DNA from: Botryllus schlosseri
Taxonomy: Eukaryota
Reading direction: 5' to 3'
Assembly (NCBI GenBank): GCA_051294905.1
Contig: CM119372.1
Location: 1,924,001-1,988,000, forward strand
Length of the DNA stretch: 64,000 bases
How positions within the stretch are numbered: the first letter of the stretch is position 1; the number at the start of each line of letters is the position of its first letter. A model generated the notes under the pieces. That model had not been told where the DNA came from, did no database searches, and saw only the letters and a list, made by a program, of their open reading frames with translations. A program made the translations under genes and the position numbers. This document shows positions 37,645 to 49,678 of this stretch, in pieces.

Positions 37645-38180
37645 AGCTACCGATTACCGTACAACAAAACAAGCCAGTTCCAGATCTATGGTCTCAAGAA
37701 ATTGCAACTCCAATAGTGCGCGAGACAGACGAGGCGTGGTCAATTTTGAAATGACCCGAGACTGCCGTGATTCATGGATATATTCATCCGCTGTCCCACG
37801 CATATTCACTGGTTACGGTGCACTGTACTATGTAATTTCAGACGCTTTTTTATGCGAAAATACCATCAGAAATATTATCCCGTTGCTTTCCATGTAATTT
37901 CACATATAAACATAAAGGCAGTGGCTATTCGTCCGGAACCGGATGAATAGCCTGCAGCCATAGTCCAGGCTATTCGTCCGGAACTGTGTGACGTAACTAA
38001 GCACCGCCAGCATCTGTTGTGTGACGTAATTATCCGCCGCCAGCACCAGCATACTGACGTTGCTGAGTTGACGGACTTCGGCTTGGCTGTTGTTTAATGT
38101 TTACATGTTTAGTTTATCGCTGTATATTACCGGAACATAATACCGTCGCTGGTTACCTATCTCTACTAATATCCAAACAA

Positions 38181-38285
38181 GGGAACTCTAGCGTAATGGT
38201 GACTTCCGCCACCTACAACGCTAGCGGCTTGGGTTCAATTACCAGAGGATTATCTGGGCTACTTTGGCCCAGTGTTACTCGGTCC
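38181..38285 (+). mobile_element. tRNA-derived SINE 5' part, interrupted by the Harbinger
   Basis: A-box-like TAGCGTAATGG and B-box-like GGTTCAATTAC at tRNA-like spacing; abuts the Harbinger left TIR. Confidence 0.45.
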
Positions 38286-39078
38286 GGGTGGAGGCCAAAA
38301 AGCTGAGTAAAAACATCCTGGATTTTCGCTTAATCTGCGAGTTCCAAGATCTCCCGATTTAGAAGTAGATGATCCGCACGCCAAAACATTGGATGTTCGT
38401 GCGAAGTTAGTAGATCTACAAATCCAGGATGTATGACGTTATTGCGTCAATATGACGCAAAATGTAGTGATCCGTGGAAGGTTGCCATGTCAACCCATCG
38501 ACTTCGTAGTAAATATTATGCTTTGGCCATGCTGATTGGAAATGTCGTCGATTTTGGTCATGTGCTATGAACAGGTGCGTAGCCAGCCGAAAAATAAGGG
38601 GGGGGTTTGAAATAAAAGGGGGGGGTTTCGATTTTTCCCGAATTTAGTAACGTAGCATCGATTCATTAGGGTTAAGTACATGCGATGCGTAAATAACGAT
38701 TATACAACATCCCCGTGTTGGCGATTATAGGCGTATGATAAGCTTGTCGACGAGTCCGGAAGTACTGGTAATTAGCGACTCCCTGATCTGTCGTGAACAA
38801 TGAAATACGCACGCGTCGAACATTTGAATACGAGCGTTTATCAACGCGCTGAACAATTAAATTCGCGCGCTTATCAAAGCGTCCAACAATTAAATACGCC
38901 TGCTCATCATTGCGTCTTGTGTCTTACGTAGCCTCGGCGACGATTTGCGCAAGTAAAAATTTACGAGTTTTTATGGAATATGTGCTATAATGACGCCGAT
39001 TTCAGGTGGTTCAAACCTTACCTCTTATAACTCACGCCTACTGGACTATAACTGAAGACTAGTGGAAATCAATTACGC

Positions 39079-41068
39079 ATGTACGCACGCGTCGAACATG
39101 ATTGCGGACATTCGATGTCATTCACAGGGATATCTTCAGTGCGCCACCTGCGTAGACTATGTGAAGATATGACAGTGACGCCAGGCAAACTTGATATGAG
39201 ATATTTGAAGGAAAGGACTAAATCTTTATCCGAAGAAGAAAAAATTGTCACCTTAATGATAGATGAGGTTTACACAGCACAGCGCGTGGAATATACAAGC
39301 GGTTCTTTCATTGGTTTAACGGAAAGTGGGAATACCGCCAAGACGGTTCTAACATTCATGGTGCAATCACTTTTCGGGAAGTACAAGGATGTGGTTTGTC
39401 TCATTCCGGTTGACAAACTTGACACTAAGACGCTGCGAACATGGTTTGATATAGTAATGGAAACGATCAACGATATGCTACTGGTGATAGCAATATCAAC
39501 GGACAATCATGTCTGTAACCGGAAATTGTTCATGGATCTCTGTAATGGAGAACTTTGTCACAGCATCGAACATCCTCATCGACCAGGAAAAAAATTATTC
39601 CTGATTTTTGATTTTACTCACAATTTCAAAAACATCTTCAACCATTTTGTGAATAAGAAGCAGATGCATCCCCCTATTAAAGGCAATGAGGATATATTTG
39701 ATGGGCCATGCCATGCAAAGTTCCTCCATATCAAAAACCTCTATGCTCTGGAAGAAGGCAAGACATTGAAAGTTGCACATCAGCTCAAAAAAGTATCTCT
39801 TGACCCCAGCAGCATTGCTCGAACTTCGCCCCAGCACGCTTTGAGCGTGTTTAGCGAATCAACGGTACTGGGACTAAAACACTTCGCAGCGGATGGACAT
39901 CCAGAATTTAAGGAAACTTCACGATATGTTGAATTCATCCTCACCATTTGGAATATCATGTCCGTTAAAAGCCCAAGTAAAGGTAAGTTACATTATACAC
40001 GTTTCTCGCTGTAATTTGACTTCAACCTAATGCAACAAAATATTCGTTTCAGCCCTGCGGAAGAGGAATTCATTTTTTACGCCACTGCACATGGGTGAAG
40101 ATCATCCCGGTGTTAACTATTTAAGAAGAGCCATAGACATTTTCAAGGATTGGCAAAAATCGGGTCGTGCTGGTCTCAGCAATGAAACATTCATGGCCTG
40201 TATTCAGACAATGGGGGCTGTGCTATCGTTGACGGAGTATCTTCAAGCAAACCACAATGTGCAATATTTATTATCCGGCAAAATAATGTCGGACCCGATC
40301 GAAGCCCGATTTGGGATGTACCGCCAGAGCAATGGCGGTAATTTCTTCATGTCTGTGAAGCAATTGCTGCTGGCGGAAAAGAAAATCCGGTGTCTAAGCC
40401 TGCTGCGACAGGACAAACTGTCCGGAGTAATCACCAGTTATGAACCGGGCGAGGAAGATGCATCAGCAAACCGCGAAGATTTCCAGTGGCTTGCTGACTT
40501 TATGCAAACTGCTGACACGGATGATGTGGACGATACTGATGCATCTGTTGTATTCTACGTTAGTGGGTACATTGGTCGCTCAATTTTTCGCCGTAGGAAT
40601 TGTGACGACTGCAAAGGCATGCTTATATCCGGTATTAATAATGCTCCAGATCTTCAGGGCGGCATTCCTGAGAAATATAAAACAATATTTCTCATGGCAG
40701 ATCGTGGAGGACTTGCTGAACCGACTGAAATTTGCTATGCTATTACATTATTGGCTGTGCAGTATTTCTCAGCTGTTTCAGCAGATGAAGATACATTAAA
40801 AAAGCTGATGTGTTGTATGAATCAGCGCAATGTTTTCTTAGATGCAATGCGTCATGTTGTGTCTTCTTCTTCTGTTCTTTGTCGCCTAATGGAAGTCGAA
40901 TGTAAATCTAGTCATTCGAACTTCAATCTTATTGTGCAAAGTGCTTTTAATTGTTTTGCAAAGAATCACCTCAAGCGTTTGAATAGCAAACCGATGCTTG
41001 AGGAGGCACCGAAGAAAAATTTTCGCAAGATCCGTAAACTGACCTCAAAGGCTTCTGCTAAATGCTAG
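39079..41068 (+). CDS. P-element/THAP9-like transposase lacking the THAP domain; two exons 39079-39982 and 40053-41068 (639-aa open frame)
   Basis: SVRHLRRL, LMIDEV, STDNH, FDFTHNFKN (DxxH), SDPIEARFGMYRQSNGGNF, YVSGYI..C..C, DRGGL. A 70-bp GT-AG intron (39983-40052) joins the two listed ORFs in frame. Confidence 0.9.
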
Positions 41069-41278
41069 GCCAGTGTTCGATTTCCCATTTTGACGTCACC
41101 ATCACAACTGTGACATCCTGGTCATCATTTTTTATGTTGTTTCCTAATAAACATGAACAAAACACATGTCCTGGATGTTTTCTCAGTACTTTTTCTAGGT
41201 ACATGGTTGCATCGACATCGGCCTGCTATCGGTCGCCCCTTAAAACCGTGTCCCATCCCGAAGTTCTAGATATCCCTG
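39125..41278 (+). mobile_element. P-superfamily element with a 5' internal deletion
   Basis: TIR CAGGGATATCT...AGATATCCCTG, perfect 8-bp TSD GTCATTCA at 39117-39124 and 41279-41286; encloses the P transposase. Confidence 0.92.
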
Positions 41279-42094
41279 GTCATTCAGTTACGAGATGTCA
41301 CTCTTTAATCACAATCGCTAATCAGCTTATACTTAATAGCATTTTATCTAAGCCATCGAGAAATAGGAGCCAAAGCATGGTAGGCCCAAGACGCGGTAGT
41401 TAGGCTATCGATATCTTTAGTACTAGGCCTATTGCAGATGCGATTGTGATTGCCAGCGAAGATATCGTGCACATGCACACCAAGCCAATGCAGATGTGAT
41501 TGTGAAGGCCAGTGACGATATCGTGCGCACAGAGCCTATTGCAGATGTGATTATTCAAGCCAGCGGAATTAGGCTCGTCGGAGACGCGGTAAGTCAGGCT
41601 AGCAATGATTGCCGAACGCGCGACAATGAATGACCCGATTTCGCCAATCATCTCAGCGGGAGATCGTGTCGCGTTACATTGTGCAGTGCAATGCGCACGG
41701 ACGAATCTGGCTAATTAGCAACACGCCTTTCGTTAATTGGCCGCGACTTTCGTTAATTCGCCGCGCGCAATACTGATAATACGACTTATTGAATTGCAAC
41801 CGACTATTAGCGTCAGAGCGGTCATTTAAAAAGAGCAAGGTTTCGCGTTAAAGGAGGGGGTTTCGCGTTTCTAAAGGAGGGGGTTTCGCGTTTCTAAAGG
41901 AGGGGGTTTCGACCCCCGAAACCCCCCCCTGGCTACGCGCCTGGCTATGAATGCCATCGTTTCCTAGGTGGACTTATGAAATTGATTTGAAGCCACTTTG
42001 CAGCTTTAATGCATATTACTCTGTAGTTTATTCACAGTTATAAGTTCTAAAGACGGCATTGCAAACTGGTACTGTTGTTATTACTGTCTGTAGT

Positions 42095-43134
42095 ATGGAT
42101 ATTTTGGACAACGTAGATGGCATGCAGTTCGGACTACTAGAATACAATTGTCATGCCCAGGCATTACTTGGCAAACATATCGGACTCATTTGTAAAATAC
42201 CCAGAAAATGAATTCGTTGACCGCTACAGATTTTACAAGGGAGCTACGGTAATTCTTATTGGACATGATTAAAGACAGCCCATGGTTGGATGTACGGTGC
42301 CAAGCTTTGCACTCCATGATGCAATTACTCTGTGCTCTCCGATTTTTTGCTACTGTCATTTTCAACAAACAGATGCTGACTTGATTGGTGGCAGCCGGAC
42401 AACTGCACGCCGAATCATCCACTGCATTTCTCGGGCGTTATCAGAGAATAGAGAAAATTTATCCCACGATTGGATGATTTGTTACAAACAAAGAGTGATT
42501 TCTTTGACATAGGTGGAGTTTCAAATGTCGTCGGTTGCATTGATGGTACCCACATCCCAATAAAGTCCCCGGGTGACTCTGTACCAGAAAAGCTTATCGT
42601 TGCAGGAAAGGATATTTTTCTTCGAACTGTCAAATGGACTGCAATGCCAAGAGAATACCGGTAGTGACTAATGCTGTTGTGAGATGGCCAGGGAGTACTC
42701 ATGACTCAAGAACTTTTTCAAATTCCAGATTAAAATACAAGCTCGGCCAGAAAAAATACAATGGGATTTTGCTGGGAGGCAGAGGCTCTATGCTCTAAAA
42801 ATGTACCCGATGACTCCATTAACAAATCCACAGGCTGCACAAGAAAAAAAAATACAGCTATATGCACTCAAAGACACGCGTGCTGATCGAGCAATGCTTC
42901 GGCGTTCTCAAACAGCGTTTCCAGATGTTGCTAAATCCTATGCGAATGCAAATCGAAAACACCATCCTGGCAATCATTGCAACAATATGTTTGCACAATT
43001 TTGCTACTAAAACCAATGAGCCAGTTCCTGATATTGCAGTTACTCCCGAGGAAGCTACGGATATAACATCTGAAGTTGGATACAATGACGCAATAGCCTA
43101 TCTTGAAAATAAGATCAACACATATTTCTACTAA
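42095..43134 (+). pseudogene. Harbinger (HARBI1-like) DDE transposase, frameshifted
   Basis: Motifs spread over several frames: FVDRYRF, QLLCALRFFAT, FQQTDADLIG.SRTTARRII, VVGCIDGTHIPIKSP, RWPGSTHDSR, MTPLTNP, HSKTRVLIEQCFGVLKQRF, ICLHNF. Confidence 0.9.
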
Positions 43135-43652
43135 TTATGTTTATTTTAAAATTTTAACGAACACAGTAAACCGTGCTGGTGTAAAAATAATAAAGAGAAT
43201 GAAATGTGCATGACTTCGTGGAATGAAAGATTCAACTACAATTGCACTGTAGATAATAAACAAAGAGCAGGTGTCCCATTATTTGTATTCAAATTGACAA
43301 ATATGAATTCAAAAAATGTACCGAAATATTTGCACCGTCGACAATACCTATAAGGCGAGGAACACTTGGCAGGCACAATGAAATATTATAAAGAAATGTT
43401 GCATTTCAAAAAATGTGCACCGTCGATAATACCTATAAGCAATGTTCCCTCTAAGCTACTCACGTGCGCAAATGCGCAGTGCTGACATGGTCTCTGCGCA
43501 CAGAAAATCCAAGTTGCCTATAAGGCGAGGAACACTTGGCAGGCAGGCACAATGAAATATTATAAAGAAATGTTGCTTTTCAGAAAATGCGTATTCGGCT
43601 ATTTAGATAACTTGACATAATTGAACAAAGAAATATTGCATTAAATATGTCA

Positions 43653-45680
43653 CTAATTCCTCAATTGTCCATGTTCTAATCTATATTTTTCCATTTTTAT
43701 CGCATGTTCTTCAATACGCATTTCGAATTCTTGCTTTCTGAAATATCATTCTTCGTCTCTCATCTCTTTTCTTTCTTTGAGGTCCTCAATATTGGACACC
43801 ATCAGTTTAATTCTCAGCTCATTGTTTTTCTGATTTAAAAGAAGTTCATATCGACTCTGCGATGAGGTAGTAACCTATGATTAAACTAAAACATGTATTA
43901 GGAAGCCAATCACAAAAAAATCATTTGGAAATTCTCTTTGCCTTGTTGGCTGATATTTTTTCCTCTACTGCCTGATATCAATATCTGTTTCCAAGTGTGG
44001 TATCCATTCGATATGAGCGGTGAACCAATAATCGGTCAGTCTCTAGTCATTAAAAACTTGTATTCTGCAACCAGCTGATCACAAAGTGCAGAATTGGTAG
44101 TTTTCATTGTATTGTATTTGTATACTAGAGCCCGACTGATATTGGAGTTTTGGGCCGATACCGATAAAACCAATATCTAACTCCTTCACCGATAACCACT
44201 ATAGCCATATTCAAATGGTGTGGAATACCTTAAAATGCGCATTTGAAAAACTTCAGGGCATCTATTTGAATAGCTTTACAGCCGATGCGATACTTGGACA
44301 GGAAATAAACTAGAAAGGCTGTATCAGGACACCTGTAGAGTGTAATATATCTGAAATATATCAATATTCTCAGTCTAGTGGTAAAAGATTATAGTTTATG
44401 GAGTTCCTATCACCATGCTATGACCTCACGAAAACTGCCCATATATATTCATGTCCAATGGCTGATACCAATAATTCTTTCAAAGAGTGATATCGAGTCT
44501 ATATTATCGGCAAAGCGATATAATCGGTCAGGCTCCATTGTACACCATCTTATATCAATTGTTACAGGATTGTAACTATGTGCATTGCACTGGTAATCAG
44601 CAATTTTTCGAGCAGTCAAACACCATTTCCAACTCTATCGTTCGCAAATACACTTCACTAGAAAACTAAGAACAAAGTGGAGAATTTTTACATAACAATG
44701 GTTGGGGCAGTGGAGCAAAAGTTTGCCAAATCCTCCGAAACTGCAAGATTGTATATTTTAAAAAATCAACTCGACTTGAAATCCAAATGAGTAGAAGCTA
44801 CATACCAGGTGGCAGATCACTCGTCTTTGTCACGTATGTTGACTGCGATTCCATATAGCTTGCTTCTGAAAAAAAATGTGAATGTTTCAGAAGGATTTGA
44901 GGCTATAGGCCTACGCATGTTTACACATGTACAATGCACAATTGCACATGCACATTTGCTAGTGATGGTGAAAAATACTGAAACCGATCATTTGACGACG
45001 AGCAAAAAATCTCATTAAAAATCGCTGAATGTATGACAAGAACGTTTGATATTGTGAATGCGTTCCCTTCAATACACCACCGGGTAAGAAATTGATATAA
45101 TATACATCTACACTTGTAATTGATATGTTAGCAAAAAGTAGTGATGAAAATAACGAGAAGAGTTGCCTCTGACACGAACCGATCTTCATCATGGGGAACA
45201 TTTCTCGATGTGGTCAATGTATCGAACAAGTTCTCATTACTCTCTCGCAACATAACTTACATGATTGATTTTCTGCAGTAACTACAGACAATATGGTGGA
45301 ATCACTTTCAAAATGATGTTCAAATGGCTGAACCTCTGCTGGCATGACAGCTTTAACCATTAATTTACTGATATGCGCCATATTATGGATAAAATTAATG
45401 TCTACAAACTTACCTTGCAATAAATAGCACCGTCACCGGGTCAGATACTATTGAATGTTCTGAAGGCCTTCTGTCATTTTCAGTTTTGAGACTTTCTCTT
45501 GTTTTGAAGCAACCTTCAATCGCTGTTCTGTTTTTTGCCATGTTTGGTGATGTGGCATTTCACGGCTTGGTTGATTGTTTCCAATGCAAGACAACGGCAG
45601 AACTCGTTTATTACATAGTTTGTATGCAATTATCATTAAACATTCTGTAATAACATGATCATCAGTCAATAAGGAGAAGC
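43653..45680 (-). pseudogene. Probable Harbinger accessory (Myb/SANT-like) gene remnant
   Basis: Convergent to the transposase and inside the TIRs. Charged coiled-coil last exon (..KQEFEMRIEEHAIKMEKYRLE..) and a QTWQKTEQRLK..KMTEG segment. The Myb core itself was not clearly recognised. Confidence 0.4.
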
Positions 45681-46719
45681 ACAATTGAGTACCGGTAACA
45701 AAATATCGCTAACATGCAATATTCACTATCTTTATAATGAGCCTCAGATAAGCAATTTCAATCTACAATGACATAACTATTACAAACCTCGCCAAATTTA
45801 TATGCTTGTGTACCTTAATCTAGACTTTAATCCTGGTGGCGACCAGGATCAAGAAGCAGCAGTCTATACTCAGTCGGTCCTGGCAGAATCTTACTAATCT
45901 ACCTTTCTGGTCCGCAGAAAATCCAGCAACGTGCAAAATCCCCAGATCTTTTATTTGATCTATATTTTTGGCCTCCACCCTATAGTCGTCGATAAGCGCA
46001 GAGAGAGACTAGTTGAGGGACCGGAACTATAGAGATTGTACAATGTTACAATCTCTATACCGGAACAAAGAATCGAATGAAAACGAGAGTGTAAGGGCTG
46101 TCTGAAAATGGAAGACGCGACGAGATCAAGATCGAACCTACACGAAGCTGAGGTGGAAACAGGATTGAGATACTATGGTCTTCCGGCATCCTAATGTCTG
46201 TTCTGTTCATTACATCACATTACGTCCTGTATATCGCATTTGACGTGTGTGTACTGTGTATTTGAAAATGTATGACCCGACGATAATCACTACGAAATTG
46301 AATTACAAGCGCCGTGATCAAATATAACGTGCATTCTATACTTCATAAAATTGACAGATTGGATTGGCGAGTGGAGGATCCACGTAGGCAGACTACGTCT
46401 AGTAAGAAGACTCTGGCAGTTATCGCAGTTGCTCTCTATCACAATACCATCAAATTACTCCTGCATGAACTGAACACTGATTATTTCGCATTCGTTTCTA
46501 TGATGATCTCCCGATCCTTTCGCTACAGCGCGACTATATACTTTTGTCCTTGCTTGCTGTAGTTTTTGTATACTTTTTGTTGATCCTAATGTGTAATTGT
46601 ATTGCAACGTGTCTGTAATACCATCGATATGCCTTCATCAGTCAATGAAAAGGAATTGGTCGTTCTACATGAGGTACAGAATACAGCCATCCACAACGCG
46701 ATATATCCCGGGTTACGAT

Positions 46720-47234
46720 TAGGGCTGGGCAAAATCGAGTACCTGAGTGATTCGATTCTGAATCACGTAATATGCTTCGAGTCGAGTCGAGTAATCGAGT
46801 ATCACTCCTTATGACGTCATAAGAGACTGTTATACGTCAAAGATCAGATATGTACCGTTTATGCCACAACAAAGAATATAATGCCTGTTATCCATCTCTT
46901 AAAACATACTTTGCTATTTTTCGACCATACCGATTTCATTCCACTTGGTGATAATGTCGTGGGATAATCATGACTTCGGAAATGTGCTATGTCCAGTAAC
47001 CTTCGTAGCTTTATAATAATGTTTCGTCTGCTACGATACCGCAAATCAAGGTTTCAACGCTTCAACAGTGAAAATTCGTATCGAAACTATAATTCTCGTT
47101 GATAAATTATCTGTCAGTGGTGAGAAGCGTGTAATTTCAGTACTCGAAAAAATCGTCTTTTACTACTCGACTCGAATCATTAAAATTAATACTCGATTCA
47201 GATTCGAGTACTCGAATCATTGTGCCCAGCCCTA
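46720..47234. mobile_element. MITE (TAGGGCTGGGCA family)
   Basis: TIR TAGGGCTGGGCA / TGCCCAGCCCTA, TSD GTTACGAT/GTTATGAT; relatives at ~8300-8469 and ~17971-18736. Confidence 0.82.
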
Positions 47235-49678
47235 GTTATGATATATATCTTCATTCTTCATCTTCTAGCAGACGTGCTGGAAAGATGGAGATGAAAACGG
47301 GGCGAGTTGAACCAGTGTCCAAATACCTGGTCTAATATCAGTTCAGTTCGGTTTATTAGCATTTTTTATCAGTTCAATGCACCACAAAAATTGCTTTTGG
47401 GAGAAGACGGCTATTATTTATTGTTAAGTCTGCAAAGCAGAGGTTGCATAGCAGAGATGCAGTACTTGCTTAAATTTTTCTTCGGATGCTACCATATCTT
47501 TTGACTGCAGCTGACTTGCAGACTACACATCTTGATGTGGTCGTATCGCTGTGTTCGTCTTTTTTACATATTTGTGTAAACTCTCATCGTACGAATAAAG
47601 AATCTGTCTGCCTGTCACATCGCATAACAGTGGACAATGTTGGACTGGAAATCACTGCACAATGTACCGCGTGCTCACTGCTCATGCTCACGCATCGTGT
47701 ACTGTGTCCTTGAGATTCACTGTGTGCTGCCATACAAACAATGTATTCGATATATTTAAGAGCATGGCGCTATTGTGTACCGATAACCTAAACAGCCGAA
47801 GTCCGGCAATGCTCAATAATGCCAGTATGCAGTATGTTGGTTTTTAACAGTTACGTCACACAAAACATTTATTTCGGATAGTTACGTCACACGGTTCCGG
47901 ACGAAGAGCCTGGACTATGGCTGCGGGCTCCGGACGAATAGCCACTGCCAAACATAAATTCCTTTCAACATTCATCACTTGCTTACCTAGCATGCCGGTA
48001 CTTGTGATGTCACTATCAAATGTAAACAATGAATATGTTTTAGCAACGACCAGAGATATCTATCCTTGGCAACAACCGATTTTTTGGCTTCGTTCCGCTT
48101 CGCTGAGGTTGAGTTGAAGATCGCCTCACGGCATCGAATGTAGGATTTCTAGCAATCGTATAGCTGGCGCACAGAACGCAGAATTAAATGAAACTGGTCT
48201 AATGTCGCACATTACATTCGATAATGCGTGGCTGTACGTTGGCTGTTTACTACTTAGTTTTGGCAATGATATATATACAATGATTGGAAACTCCAGTGAG
48301 CTCTGCGTTTGAGCGCGTCGCGAGTCATGCTTCACTACAGGTATGAAATCGATGTAAACAAACGGTTCGCCAGCAATCTTTCTTCAGGAACTGGCGTTTA
48401 CGTAGTGGAAAGTTTTTCATCGAGACCTCTTTTGCACGTGAAATGTGTGCATACTGTACAGGTTTTGGCCAATACCAGTAGCATGGGTTAATATTCAGAC
48501 GAAACTGATGTACCAGTGTGCCTACGTGATGAACATTGTGATCGGAGGTGGTCTCGCAGTATCAAATAAAGGTGGATACTTCATAGTACGAGCTAGAGTT
48601 GGGATCAGGTCACTATCTTCAAGACATTGCAAATTTTTAATCAAGTCACGAAGTCATTTCTAAATTTTTCAAGTCAATTCAGGCAGGTTCTAAAACTGAC
48701 TCTGAAGTCAGGCCTTCTGAAGTTGTGAAAGTAGGCAAAACCTACTTGAGGATATCGCAAAAAGCATCACGTTTTTGAAGTAATAATAGTCATTATTCCT
48801 TTGTTACGGAGATTCATCTTGTGATCCGAATGCTCATATATACAATTGAATAAAAATAAATTTTGTTTGATACATATCAGGAGTAATCGTCAGCAGCTTG
48901 TAGATACAGTATACAATTGACTAACAGATGTATACAAAGTAAAGTCTAACTCATATCTTCATACTACTCGAGTTCTTTTCAGACCGTTCATTTTCTGCTT
49001 CAACAAGTAGATATAATATCCAATTGACTAAGAAACGTCTGCAAAACCTGGTCTTAACCTACTTTTTCAAACTACGGTACTTCATGAGTACAATTTACCA
49101 TGATATGATGGTATATCTTATAAGTGTATGTGTGCGCAAGAGCGACCCAGAATAGGTAGAAAGTTCCTGCCACTGTCCATGTCAGGTTTGATAGACTTGT
49201 GCACAGCCAATGATCTATAAATGATTGTTCACAGCATATACTTTGTATAGTCATTAAATTGTAATGTTGTCCATGTCCAGTCCAGTTTGTCAACTCTTAC
49301 AATCATAGTTGACTTGCAAGATGGTGACTTCGAAGAATGGGACGGAATAAAGACTATCCAACAATCCCCTTCACTCAACAAATCTCCGAACTTACACATC
49401 ACCAGCTATTCCCTCAACGGTCGAGGTGATCATGGAAGAAGTTGATCGAATCCAAGCATTATAACAATGTGTCATCGCATGGGTATTACAGAAGCAGGAT
49501 TTTGAACAGCTTAAATACCTCACCTCTTCATGGACTCCCAACTGCTCTGATACTAGTCGTGTCTAAATTTCAATGAGGATACCAACACCATAATATCATT
49601 GAGAATTTTATACAGGGTATGGATATTTCATTTACTATAACACTTGAAAACTGCATAAACAACTTTTGTTATCATGTC

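Larger units (their letters stand above)
38572..41943. mobile_element. hAT-type non-autonomous element carrying the P-element insertion
   Basis: TIR CAGGTGCGTAGCCAG / CTGGCTACGCGCCTG, G-rich subterminal repeats, perfect 8-bp TSD GCTATGAA at 38564-38571 and 41944-41951. Confidence 0.85.
38286..45980 (+). mobile_element. PIF/Harbinger DNA transposon (decayed autonomous copy)
   Basis: 16-bp TIR GGGTGGAGGCCAAAAA...TTTTTGGCCTCCACCC enclosing a Harbinger transposase pseudogene and a convergent coiled-coil gene remnant. No 3-bp TSD is visible. Confidence 0.8.
37917..47949. mobile_element. Non-autonomous DNA transposon with 9-bp TSD (MULE-like); outer shell of the nested complex
   Basis: TIR GGCAGTGGCTATTCGTCCGGA...TCCGGACGAATAGCCACTGCC with ~70-80 bp of imperfect inverted homology. 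Perfect 9-bp TSD AAACATAAA at 37908-37916 and 47950-47958. Confidence 0.85.
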
